The translations under genes and the position numbers were made by a program. Positions 28,216 to 37,560 of a DNA stretch of 64,000 nucleotides are shown here, piece after piece (the stretch's first letter is position 1; each line of letters opens with the position of its first letter). The notes under the pieces were generated by a model. That model made no database searches and was not told the origin of the DNA. It saw only the letters and a list, made by a program, of their open reading frames with translations. This DNA is from an uncultured Actinomycetota bacterium (lineage in GTDB: Bacteria > Actinomycetota > Actinomycetes > JAFAQI01): positions 96,001-160,000 of the forward strand of contig CAVYQE010000011.1 in assembly GCA_963770565.1 (NCBI GenBank), read 5' to 3'.

Positions 28216-29201
28216 CGGGAGGCAACTCGCCGGTCCCGGTCATCGACCTGGCGCCGTGGTTCGCCGGCACCGCAAACGGTCGCGCGCAGGTCGCCGCGGA
28301 GGTCGATGCGGCGCTGCGTGACATCGGATTCCTGCTCATCGTCAACCACGGCGTGTCGGCCGAGCTCCGGGATGCTGTCCGCGCGGCGGCGCAGGCCTTC
28401 TTCGCGCTCCCGGAGCCGGTCAAGGCGCAGTACCGGATGCGGGTCGGCGACGGCAGTTGGCTGCCCCGCGGCTGGACACCGATCGGCGGCGAGGCGAACG
28501 CGAACTCCGATCCGGGCGTCGACGCGCCACCCGATCTCAAGGAGTCGTACGACGTCGCGTGCTTCGAGCCGACCGGCGACCCGCAGGTCGACCGGGAGTG
28601 GTTCACCGACAACATCTGGCCGGCTGAGGTGCCGGAGTACCAGGTTGCGGTCACGGCGTACATCGAGAAGATGCGGTCGCTGGTCGACGAGCTGTTGATC
28701 ATCGCGGCGGTGGCGCTCGGGCTGCCGGAGACGCAGTTCCTCTCCCATGCCGGGCATCCGACCTGGTCTTTCTACACCCATTGGTATCCCGCGCTGCGCG
28801 ACGTCGGAGTGCCCGTTCCCGGCCAGCTCCGGATCGGTTCGCACACCGACTTCGGCACCTTCACGATCCTTGACCGCCAGCCCGGTACCGGCGGGCTGCA
28901 GATCATGGGCAAGGACGGCGAGTGGGCGGATGCGCCGTGGCTGGAGGGCGCGTTCACGATCAACATCGGCGACATGATGGCGCGCTGGACCGGCGACCGC
29001 TGGGTGTCGAACCGGCACCGGGTGCTGGCCCCGGATTCGGCCACGCCCGACGAGGACCTGATGTCTCTGGTCTATTTCCACGAGGCTGACCCGACCGCCG
29101 TGCTCCACAGCGTGCCGCCACCGATCGGCACGGTTGCCTACGAGCCGATCACCGCCGGCGAGTACCTGCGGGCCAAGCTGGCCGCGATCGCGGTGGTGTA
29201 G
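28212..29201 (+). CDS. Isopenicillin-N-synthase-family Fe(II) oxygenase
   Basis: PVIDL, GFLLIVNHGV, DLKE, HTDFG, GLQ, NIGD, HRV. Confidence 0.88.
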   Translation: MTGGNSPVPVIDLAPWFAGTANGRAQVAAEVDAALRDIGFLLIVNHGVSAELRDAVRAAAQAFFALPEPVKAQYRMRVGDGSWLPRGWTPIGGEANANSDPGVDAPPDLKESYDVACFEPTGDPQVDREWFTDNIWPAEVPEYQVAVTAYIEKMRSLVDELLIIAAVALGLPETQFLSHAGHPTWSFYTHWYPALRDVGVPVPGQLRIGSHTDFGTFTILDRQPGTGGLQIMGKDGEWADAPWLEGAFTINIGDMMARWTGDRWVSNRHRVLAPDSATPDEDLMSLVYFHEADPTAVLHSVPPPIGTVAYEPITAGEYLRAKLAAIAVV

Positions 29202-29365
29202 CGCCCACGGGCCGATCCGTCGTCCACCGCCGTTTGCCGGGATCCGAAGACGGGCAGATAACTCGGCGGCAATGTGCCAAGTTGTCGAGATACCTACCGC
29301 GAGGTAGCGTCCGGGGAAAGGCGCGTCCACCCCAGCTTCGCGTATCGCTTCGAAGGGACAGTTCA

Positions 29366-30127
29366 TTGAGAATCCACAAAGCCGTCGCCGCAACGATGAT
29401 GACGCTGGTTGCGGCCGGCTCGCTCATCGTGGCGAGTGGCGCGCCGGCGTCCGCCATCACCGGGATCACCGTGACCTCCAATCCAAAGGCCAACCTGGTG
29501 GACCTGCAGAAGGTCAAGATGACGGCGACCGCGCCGAGCGGCCAGAACTTCAACAAGACCGCGACCCTGTACTTCGCTGAGTGCTCGCCGCTGGCGATCA
29601 AGAAGCTCAGCGAGGACTACTGCGACACGACCAACGTCGTCGCGGTGAACAACCCGAGCGGGTCCACGGTCAGCGCGACAATCACCATCCACGCCGGCTC
29701 GGACTTCAAGGCGAAGAACTCGGCCGGTGTCTGCGGTGTCGGGGCAGCGCTGAAGTGCGACCTGCTCGTGGTCGACAGCATGACCGTCGCAGACGTCAAC
29801 TTCTTCGGTGTCGCAAACGTCAGCTTCAAGGACCTGCGCACTCCCACCAAGACCAAGGTGAGCTCGAAGAAGACCGTCAAGGCCAAGAAGTCGCTCACCT
29901 TCAAGGCGGCTACCACCCACACCAAGGGTTCGACCAAGCCGACCGGCACCGTGCTCTTCAAAGACAACGGCAAGAAGATCGGCAAGGTCAAGCTCAGCTC
30001 GACCGGCAAGGCAACCCTCAAGCACAAGTTCAAGAAGGCCGGCAAGCAGCACATCACGGCCACCTACAGCGGTGACAACACCTACAAGCCCAGCACGGGC
30101 AAGGAGACCATCACCGTCAAGAAGTAG
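29366..30127 (+). CDS. Secreted Lys-rich protein: neocarzinostatin-apoprotein-like N-domain plus Ig-like C-domain
   Basis: Signal peptide ending PASA; two Cys pairs; PTGTVLFKD...G.H.ITATYSGD Ig-like motif; TTG start after GAAGGGA. Confidence 0.65.
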   Translation: MRIHKAVAATMMTLVAAGSLIVASGAPASAITGITVTSNPKANLVDLQKVKMTATAPSGQNFNKTATLYFAECSPLAIKKLSEDYCDTTNVVAVNNPSGSTVSATITIHAGSDFKAKNSAGVCGVGAALKCDLLVVDSMTVADVNFFGVANVSFKDLRTPTKTKVSSKKTVKAKKSLTFKAATTHTKGSTKPTGTVLFKDNGKKIGKVKLSSTGKATLKHKFKKAGKQHITATYSGDNTYKPSTGKETITVKK

Positions 30128-30140
30128 TCCATCGCGCGAG

Positions 30141-30180
30141 GGACCCGCAACGACGAGTTGTCGTTGCGGGTCCTTTGTTT
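30141..30180 (+). terminator. Rho-independent terminator
   Basis: GGACCCGCAACGAC-5 nt-GTCGTTGCGGGTCC followed by TTTGTTT. Confidence 0.85.
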
Positions 30181-31391
30181 CAGGACCCGCTGCGGCTTCC
30201 GGGCCGGTCCCAGCAAACTGCCAGCATCAGCCGGCGCTGGTTGTCCGGCTCGTCCAGGCTCGGCCCGAACAGCGTGCGCAGCTGGCCGAGCCGGTAACGC
30301 ACCGTCTGCGGGTGTACGTGCAAGGCGCGAGCGGTGGCTTGCTGGTTGCCCATCGCGGTCAACCAGGCGCCGAGGGTTTCCTCGAGCCGACGCCTGGTGG
30401 TCGGTGCGACCCCGGCGAGCGGGGCGAGAGCCTGCTCGCGCAGATGCTCGAGCAACCAGCCGTCGCGAACCACCATGATCGTGTCGTAGTGATCGGCCAC
30501 AAAGATCGGGTCGCCGGTCAACACCCCCGCGCCGGCCAGCCGGGCACCGGCTTCGGCCACCCGCACCGAGGACGGCAGCTGGGCCGGCGGGACCGTCGTA
30601 CCGATTACGGCGCCGAACCCGCGCAGAGTCTTGGCGATCACGGCGCGCCGCCCGGGCGCATCGGGATCCGGAAGGATTCCGCCGGTCACAGCGCCGTTGC
30701 GGACCGGGAGGCACTGCGGGTCGAGCCGGTCGAGGGCGGTGTGTGCGGCCTCGTTCGACCCGTCGATGAGGATCAGGGCGGCGGTGGCCGGAACGGTCCA
30801 TCCGGTTCGCAGCGCCATCGCGCTCACCAGGGTCGAGTCCGAACGGTCGGACAGGAGCAGCTCGGCCAGCTGCGCCCGCAGTCGCTCCCGCTCGGCCGAG
30901 GTGGTCCGCTGCTCGTCGACGTACCCGTGCGCGGACGCCGAGGACAGCTCCTCCATGAAGACGAAGACCGCCTCGGCGAGCGATGCGACCGACGCCGGGT
31001 CGAGGCCGAGCTGGACCCCGGTGTGGGAGATGTGCCGCCAGGCGACCCGGGCGCCGGCTCGGTACGCCGACAACAACGACGCGAGCGAGCGGCCTTCACG
31101 CCACTCGAGCCGGCCGACCTCCTCGAAAGCCTCGTGCTCGGCCGGGTCGACCGGGGCGGCCGATTTCGTGTGCGGCAGCTGCTCGGCGATCTTGACCAGC
31201 CGGTGCAGCGCGATCTCGGCGATCCGCAGGCTGTCCTCGCGGTCTTCGGCGACGAATGCCGCGTAGTCGGGCCAGTCGTCGCGGAGCAGGTCGACGACCT
31301 CGTCGATCATTTCGGGCAGCTCTTCGGTGAGCTTGGGCAGGACGGCGCGCAGCCCGATTGGCCCGATTGGCGCGGTTGCCACGTCCGTCAC
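30180..31391 (-). CDS. PucR/CdaR-family transcriptional regulator
   Basis: LLSAYRAGARVAWR; C-terminal HTH TARALHVHPQTVRYRL. Confidence 0.88.
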   Translation of the reverse strand: MTDVATAPIGPIGLRAVLPKLTEELPEMIDEVVDLLRDDWPDYAAFVAEDREDSLRIAEIALHRLVKIAEQLPHTKSAAPVDPAEHEAFEEVGRLEWREGRSLASLLSAYRAGARVAWRHISHTGVQLGLDPASVASLAEAVFVFMEELSSASAHGYVDEQRTTSAERERLRAQLAELLLSDRSDSTLVSAMALRTGWTVPATAALILIDGSNEAAHTALDRLDPQCLPVRNGAVTGGILPDPDAPGRRAVIAKTLRGFGAVIGTTVPPAQLPSSVRVAEAGARLAGAGVLTGDPIFVADHYDTIMVVRDGWLLEHLREQALAPLAGVAPTTRRRLEETLGAWLTAMGNQQATARALHVHPQTVRYRLGQLRTLFGPSLDEPDNQRRLMLAVCWDRPGSRSGS

Positions 31392-31498
31392 TACTTCTTT
31401 GTACATCAATGACAAAACTGAGCGTGATGACTACGCGAATCGGCGCAGAATTGCCGCCCTGTTGCGGATGAGGATGCAGTGATTGGAATCGAAGGAGC

Positions 31499-32371
31499 GT
31501 GGTGAGTCAGCTGACCGGAGCGGCTGGCGACGTGGCGGGCCGATCGCAGCCGCCGTTGGGTTCCTGGACGCGCGAGTCCGACGAGAACTTTCCGGTCGCG
31601 ATGCGGGTGCTCCCGGTCGGCCTGCGCCGCGACCTGCGCGCGATCTACGGGGTCGCTCGTGCGGTCGACGACCTCGGCGACGACGCGCCCGGTGACCGGC
31701 TGGCCCTGCTCGCGGACTTCGAGACCGACCTGCGGCGGGTCTGGGCCGGCGGGTCGCCCGAGCGCGATGTGCTCCGCGCGCTGGTGCCCACGGTCCGCGC
31801 GCACCACCTCGCGATCGACCCGTTCCTCGCCCTGGTCGAGGCCAACCGGCTCGATCAGGTGCGCACCGCCTACCAGACCTGGGCCGACCTGCGGCACTAC
31901 TGCACGCTGTCCGCCGATCCGGTCGGCCGGATCGTCCTGGCCATCGTCGGCGCCACTGGCGAGGACCTGGCCGCGCGCTCCGACGACGTCTGCACGGCGC
32001 TGCAGCTGCTCGAGCACTGCCAGGACGTCGGCGAGGACCGCCGGCGCGGGCGCACGTACCTCCCGCAGGACGACCTCGACGCGTTCCGGGTGACCGGAGC
32101 CGACCTCGATGCGGCCGTCACCTCGGTGGCCGTGCGCGACGTGGTCCGGCACGAGGTGGCCCGGGCGGTCACCCTGCTCGCCAGCGGCGGGCCGCTCGTC
32201 CGCCGGCTGCACGGCGCCGGCAAGGTCGCGGTCGCGGGCTATGTGGCCGGCGGGCTGGCCACCGCAGACGCATTGCGCCGGGCCGACTACGACGTGCTGG
32301 CAACTGCCGTGTCGCCCCGGCGGATCGACACCGCCCGGCACGCGATCCGACTGCTGGCCGGCCGGTCATGA
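31499..32371 (+). CDS. hpnC: Hydroxysqualene synthase HpnC
   Basis: [37 protein letters not shown]. Confidence 0.92.
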   Translation: MVSQLTGAAGDVAGRSQPPLGSWTRESDENFPVAMRVLPVGLRRDLRAIYGVARAVDDLGDDAPGDRLALLADFETDLRRVWAGGSPERDVLRALVPTVRAHHLAIDPFLALVEANRLDQVRTAYQTWADLRHYCTLSADPVGRIVLAIVGATGEDLAARSDDVCTALQLLEHCQDVGEDRRRGRTYLPQDDLDAFRVTGADLDAAVTSVAVRDVVRHEVARAVTLLASGGPLVRRLHGAGKVAVAGYVAGGLATADALRRADYDVLATAVSPRRIDTARHAIRLLAGRS

Positions 32372-33225
32372 CGGCGACGATCGACGCGGCGTACTCGATC
32401 TGCGAGGACACCACCCGGACGCAGGCGCGCAACTTCCACTACGGCATCAGGTTGCTGCCGCGCGACAAGCGCCAGGCGTTGTGCGCGGTCTACGCGCTCG
32501 CCCGGCGGGTGGACGACATCGGTGACGGCGGTCTTCCGGCCGAGCAGAAGCGGCAACAGCTCGGCGAGCTGCGGACCGCGATCGCCGCACTGTCGGACTC
32601 CGCCGACCCGGTGCTCGTGGCCGTTCGCGACGCGGCCCAGCGGCTGCCGATCCCGGTCGCGGCGTTCGACGAGCTGATCGACGGTGTCGAGATGGATGTC
32701 GCCGGCCGCCGGTTCGCCACCTTCGACGAGCTGGTCCTCTACTGCCGCTGCGTGGCGGGCTCGATCGGCCGGCTGTGTGTCGGCGTGTTCGGTGCCTCCG
32801 ACCCGCAGCTGGCGCCCGGCTACGCCGACCAGCTCGGCATCGCCCTGCAGCAGACCAACATCCTTCGTGACATCCGGGAGGACCTTCTCAACGGGCGGAT
32901 CTACCTGCCCACCGAGGACCTCGACCGGTTCGGAGTCGAGCTGCGGGTCGATGCCGACGGTGCGCTGGCCGACGACGGCGGTCTGTCGGCCCTGATCCGG
33001 GCGGCGGCCGATCGCGCCCGGCTCTGGTACGACGACGGGCTGCGGTTGGTCCCGTTGCTCGACCGGCGCAGCGCCGCGTCGGCACTGGCGATGTCGGGCA
33101 TCTATCGCCGGTTGCTCGATCAGATCTCGGCCCAACCGGCGCTCGTCCGCGACCGGCGGCTGTCGCTGTCCGGCTGGCAGAAGGCGGCCGTTGCCGCCCG
33201 AGCACTCGCCGGGCGGGCCTCATGA
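32368..33225 (+). CDS. hpnD: Presqualene diphosphate synthase HpnD
   Basis: [31 protein letters not shown]. Confidence 0.92.
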   Translation: MTATIDAAYSICEDTTRTQARNFHYGIRLLPRDKRQALCAVYALARRVDDIGDGGLPAEQKRQQLGELRTAIAALSDSADPVLVAVRDAAQRLPIPVAAFDELIDGVEMDVAGRRFATFDELVLYCRCVAGSIGRLCVGVFGASDPQLAPGYADQLGIALQQTNILRDIREDLLNGRIYLPTEDLDRFGVELRVDADGALADDGGLSALIRAAADRARLWYDDGLRLVPLLDRRSAASALAMSGIYRRLLDQISAQPALVRDRRLSLSGWQKAAVAARALAGRAS

Positions 33226-34619
33226 CCGGGTCGGTCGGGCGCACCCCGAGCGCGGTGGTGGCGGGTGGTGGCCTGGCCGGGATCAGCGCGGCCCTGCAGC
33301 TCGCCGACACCGGATGGCGGGTCACCCTGGTCGAGGCGAAGCCCCGGCTGGGCGGGTTGACCGCGTCGTTCCGGCGCGGCGAGCTTGATGTCGACACCGG
33401 CCAGCACGTCTTCCTGCGCTGTTGCACGTCGTACCGCGGGTTGCTCGATCGACTCGGAGTGGCCGGCCTGACCACGTTGCAGCCCCGCCTCGACATACCG
33501 GTCGTACGGGCCGCCGACGGACGGCGGGCGCGGTTGGGCCGCGGTCGGTTGCCGGTCGTGGCCGGCCTGCCGCTTCACCTCGCCGGGTCGCTGCTCGGCT
33601 ACTCGGCGATGCCGCTGCCGGCCCGGCTCGCGACCGCGCGAGCCGCGCTGGCGCTGCGGTCGGTCGACCCGGCGGCTGAGGCGACCGACGACCGGTCGTT
33701 CGGCGACTGGCTCTCGGCGCACGGTCAGCCGCCCGCGGCGATCGCGGCGTTGTGGGACCTGGTCGGCGTCGCGACCCTGAACGCGTGCTCCGACGAGGCC
33801 TCGCTCGCCCTCGCTGCCACCGTGTTCCAGCTCGGCCTGCTCACCGACGCCGGCGCGGCCGACATCGGGTGGTCCGACGTGCCGTTGCAGCAGCTCCACG
33901 GCGAGTCCGCGCTGCGCTCGCTCGCGGCGGTCAGCGCGGATGTCCGGCTGCGGACGAAGGTCGAGTCGATCGAACCGGCCGGGCCGGGATGGTCGGTGCG
34001 GACCTCGGACGGCGACCACGACGCCGATGCGGTGGTCGTCGCGCTCCCGCCGGCGCAGACCGAACGGGTCATCCCCGAAGACTCGCTCCGGCTCGCGCCG
34101 GGCTGGGCAGCTGCGCTGGGCTCGACCCCGATCGTCAACGTGCACGCCGTCTTCGACCGGCCGGTCATGGACGAGGTGTTCCTCGCCTGTGTCGCCTCGC
34201 CGCTGCAGTGGGTGTTCGACCGGACCTCGCCGTCCGGGCTGACGAGCGGCCAGTACGTCGCGGCGTCGCTGTCGGCCGCCGACGATGTCGCTGACCTGCC
34301 GGCGGAGCAGATCCGCGCCCGCCTGCTGCCGGAGTTCGAGCGGGTGCTGCCGCGCGCCACCAGCGCCGTGCTGGTCGACTTCTTCGTCACCCGCGAGCCG
34401 CACGCGACGTTCCGGCAGGCGCCGGGCAGCGCTCGCTGGCGGCCGCCGACTGCGACCCGCCACCGCGGCCTGGTGCTCGCGGGCGCGCACACGTCGACCG
34501 GCTGGCCGGCGACGATGGAAGGCGCGGTCCGAAGCGCGGAGGCGGCGGTGGCCGCGCTCGCGGCGCTCGCGCCGTCCGGCGCCGGCCGGTCGGCGCGGCA
34601 GGGGGTGGCGGCGGCATGA
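33222..34619 (+). CDS. hpnE: Hydroxysqualene dehydroxylase HpnE
   Basis: [30 protein letters not shown]. Confidence 0.92.
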   Translation: MTGSVGRTPSAVVAGGGLAGISAALQLADTGWRVTLVEAKPRLGGLTASFRRGELDVDTGQHVFLRCCTSYRGLLDRLGVAGLTTLQPRLDIPVVRAADGRRARLGRGRLPVVAGLPLHLAGSLLGYSAMPLPARLATARAALALRSVDPAAEATDDRSFGDWLSAHGQPPAAIAALWDLVGVATLNACSDEASLALAATVFQLGLLTDAGAADIGWSDVPLQQLHGESALRSLAAVSADVRLRTKVESIEPAGPGWSVRTSDGDHDADAVVVALPPAQTERVIPEDSLRLAPGWAAALGSTPIVNVHAVFDRPVMDEVFLACVASPLQWVFDRTSPSGLTSGQYVAASLSAADDVADLPAEQIRARLLPEFERVLPRATSAVLVDFFVTREPHATFRQAPGSARWRPPTATRHRGLVLAGAHTSTGWPATMEGAVRSAEAAVAALAALAPSGAGRSARQGVAAA

Positions 34620-35629
34620 CGATCGCCATGCCCGCGACCCTCAACCGCAGCCGGGACCTCGTCGAACCCGCGCTGCGCGCAGCGATCACTCGGCTCGATG
34701 ACACCAGCCGGCAGGTGGCGGCGTACCACCTCGGGTGGGTCGACGCGGACGGTGCCCCGGCCGCGAGCGGTGGGAAGGCGGTTCGTCCCGCGCTTGCGCT
34801 GCTGTCGGCGCGCGCGGTCGGTGGCGCGCCCGAGGTCGCGGTGCCCGGAGCGGTCGCGGTCGAGCTGGTGCACAACTTCTCCTTGTTGCACGACGACCTG
34901 ATGGACCAAGACGCGCAGCGCAGGCACCGCAAGACGGTGTGGGCGGTGTGGGGGCCGTCGACCGCCATCCTGGTCGGCGACGCCATGCTCTCGCTCGCCT
35001 ACCAGGTGCTCGCTGATGCCGGCGACGACTCGTCGGTGGCCGCCGCCGCGATGCTCGGAACCGCCACCCAGGGTCTGATCGCGGGCCAGGTGGAGGACCT
35101 CGCCTTCGAGCGCCGGCCCACGGTGACGGTCGAGGAGTGCGTCGCGATGGCGGCCGGCAAGACCGGCGCGCTGCTCGGTTGCTCGGCGGCAATCGGTGCG
35201 GTGCTGGCCGGCGCGCCCCAGCCGGCGGTCGCCTCGCTCCAGCACTTCGGCGAGCAGCTGGGCCTCGCTTTCCAGTTGGTCGACGACCTGCTCGGGATCT
35301 GGGGCGAGGCCGCGGTGACCGGGAAGCCGGTCGGCAGTGACCTACGGGCCCGCAAGAAGTCGTTGCCGATCGCGTTCGCCCTCGAGTCGGGCACCACGGC
35401 CGGCCAACAGCTCGGGCAGTGGCTGGCCGCCGGCGGCCCCGACTCCGATGAGTCGGTGCAGCGCGCGGCGGCGTTGGTCGAGGCCGCGGGCGGCCGGGCC
35501 TGGGCGCAGCAGGAAGCCCAGCGCCGGCTCGAGCTTGCCGCCGGAGCCCTCGACCTGGCCGACCTCGACCCGGCCGCTCGAGCCGAGCTGGTGGCGCTCG
35601 GCCGCTTCATCGTGAGGCGGGACAGCTGA
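34616..35629 (+). CDS. Polyprenyl (farnesyl) diphosphate synthase
   Basis: GGKAVRP, LHDDLMD..RR, KT, FQLVDDLL. Confidence 0.92.
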   Translation: MTIAMPATLNRSRDLVEPALRAAITRLDDTSRQVAAYHLGWVDADGAPAASGGKAVRPALALLSARAVGGAPEVAVPGAVAVELVHNFSLLHDDLMDQDAQRRHRKTVWAVWGPSTAILVGDAMLSLAYQVLADAGDDSSVAAAAMLGTATQGLIAGQVEDLAFERRPTVTVEECVAMAAGKTGALLGCSAAIGAVLAGAPQPAVASLQHFGEQLGLAFQLVDDLLGIWGEAAVTGKPVGSDLRARKKSLPIAFALESGTTAGQQLGQWLAAGGPDSDESVQRAAALVEAAGGRAWAQQEAQRRLELAAGALDLADLDPAARAELVALGRFIVRRDS

Positions 35630-37560
35630 TGACTCTCACCAGCGACGACCGGATCGAGCTGCGGGATGCGGACGCATCGGCCGCCGCGCACGCCCTGGAT
35701 CGAGCCGTCGAACACCTGCGCTCGCTGCAGGACGCGGCCGGCTGGTGGAAGGGCGAGCTCGAAACCAACGTCACGATGGATGCCGAGGATCTGCTCCTGC
35801 GGGAGTTTCTCGGGATCCGCGGTGCGGTCGACACCGAACACGCGGCCCGATGGATCCGGTCGCAACAGCGCTCCGACGGCAGCTGGGCCAACTACTTCGC
35901 CGGACCCGGCGACCTCTCGACCACGATCGAGGCGTACGTCGCCCTGCGGCTGGCCGGCGACGCGGTCGGGTCGCCCCATCTGCAGGCGGCGCTCGGCTTC
36001 ATCCACTCGGGCGGCGGGCTCGAGTCGGCCCGGGTGTTCACCAAGCTGTGGCTGGCCTTGTTCGGCGTCTGGTCGTGGGACGACGTACCGAACCTGCCGC
36101 CGGAGATCGTCTACCTGCCCAAGTGGTTCCCGTTCAACCTCTACGACTGGGGTTGCTGGGCGCGGCAGACGATCGTGCCTCTGACGATCGTCGCGACCCT
36201 GCGGCCGGTGCGTCCGTTGCCGTTCGGCTTAGACGAGCTGCGGACCGGGCGGCCGCCGGCCCCGTTTGCACCCTGGCTGAGCTGGCCCGGCGCGTTCCAG
36301 CGACTGGACCGGGTCCTGCATGCCTACGGCCGCCGCCCGATTGCCGTGCTGCGCCGGGCGGCGATGCGGCGCGGCACCGAGTGGATCCTCGCCCGCCAGG
36401 AGGCCGACGGCTCGTGGGGCGGGATCCAGCCCCCGTGGGTCTACTCGATCCTCGCGCTGCACTTGATGGGTTACCCGCTCGACCACCCCGCGGTCGCGGC
36501 CGGCATCGGCGGCCTCGAGGGTTTCATCATCCGGGAGAAGGCCGTGCACGGGCCGATCCGCCGGCTGGAGGCCTGCCAGTCCCCGGTGTGGGACACCGGC
36601 CTGGCCGTGACCGCCCTGCTCGACGCCGGCGTGGCCGCCGACGACGACGCGGTGGTGCGCGCGGCCGACTGGCTGCTGGCCGAGGAGATCCGGGTCCGCG
36701 GCGACTGGTCGGTCCGGCGGCCCGAGGTCGAGCCTGGCGGGTGGGCGTTCGAGTTCGCCAACGACGGCTACCCCGACACCGACGACACCGCCGAGGTGGT
36801 TCTCGGACTACGGCGAGTTGCCCACCCCGACCCGGCGGGGTCACGGGCCGCGGTCGACCGGGCCGTGCACTGGCTGGTCGGCATGCAGTGCCGCGATGGC
36901 GGCTGGGGGGCCTTCGATGCCGACAACACCAGGGAACTGGCGTACAAGCTGCCGTTCTGCGACTTCGGTGCGGTCATCGACCCGCCGTCCGCCGATGTGA
37001 CCGCCCATGTCGTGGAGATGCTGGCCGCCTGCGGTCTGGCCGGTTCGGACGCATGCCAGCGCGGCGTTCGGTGGTTGTTCGATGCCCAGGAGACCGATGG
37101 CTCATGGTTCGGTCGGTGGGGTGCCAACTATGTGTACGGGACCGGCGCGGCCGTGCCGGCGCTCGTCGCGGCCGGCGTGTCGCCGACGGATCTGCGGATC
37201 GCCCGCGCGGTTCGCTGGCTGGAGGCGCACCAAGGCGCGGACGGCGGGTGGGGCGAGGACATGCGTTCCTACCGCGACCCGGCGTGGATCGGCCGCGGCG
37301 AGTCGACCCCGTCGCAAACCGCGTGGGCGTTGCTCGCCTTGATCGCGGCCGGCAAGGCCGGGTCGGCTGCGGCCGGGCGCGGCGTCGGGTGGCTGGTCGA
37401 GCACCAGCGCGCCGACGGAACGTGGGACGAGCCGTACTTCACCGGCACCGGGTTCCCCGGCGACTTCTTCATCAACTACCACCTGTACCGGCTGGTCTTC
37501 CCGGTGAGCGCACTCGGCCGGTTCTGCGCCGCGACGACCGACGGAGGTGACCGTGGCTGA
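35629..37560 (+). CDS. shc: Squalene-hopene cyclase
   Basis: DTDDTA catalytic motif, SPVWDT, multiple QW repeats. Confidence 0.97.
   Translation: MTLTSDDRIELRDADASAAAHALDRAVEHLRSLQDAAGWWKGELETNVTMDAEDLLLREFLGIRGAVDTEHAARWIRSQQRSDGSWANYFAGPGDLSTTIEAYVALRLAGDAVGSPHLQAALGFIHSGGGLESARVFTKLWLALFGVWSWDDVPNLPPEIVYLPKWFPFNLYDWGCWARQTIVPLTIVATLRPVRPLPFGLDELRTGRPPAPFAPWLSWPGAFQRLDRVLHAYGRRPIAVLRRAAMRRGTEWILARQEADGSWGGIQPPWVYSILALHLMGYPLDHPAVAAGIGGLEGFIIREKAVHGPIRRLEACQSPVWDTGLAVTALLDAGVAADDDAVVRAADWLLAEEIRVRGDWSVRRPEVEPGGWAFEFANDGYPDTDDTAEVVLGLRRVAHPDPAGSRAAVDRAVHWLVGMQCRDGGWGAFDADNTRELAYKLPFCDFGAVIDPPSADVTAHVVEMLAACGLAGSDACQRGVRWLFDAQETDGSWFGRWGANYVYGTGAAVPALVAAGVSPTDLRIARAVRWLEAHQGADGGWGEDMRSYRDPAWIGRGESTPSQTAWALLALIAAGKAGSAAAGRGVGWLVEHQRADGTWDEPYFTGTGFPGDFFINYHLYRLVFPVSALGRFCAATTDGGDRG

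Noticed and set aside
27043-29201. Beta-lactam biosynthesis (IPNS-like plus CefD-like genes)
   Set aside because: There is no ACV synthetase or NRPS. Both families are broad, and the context is catabolic.
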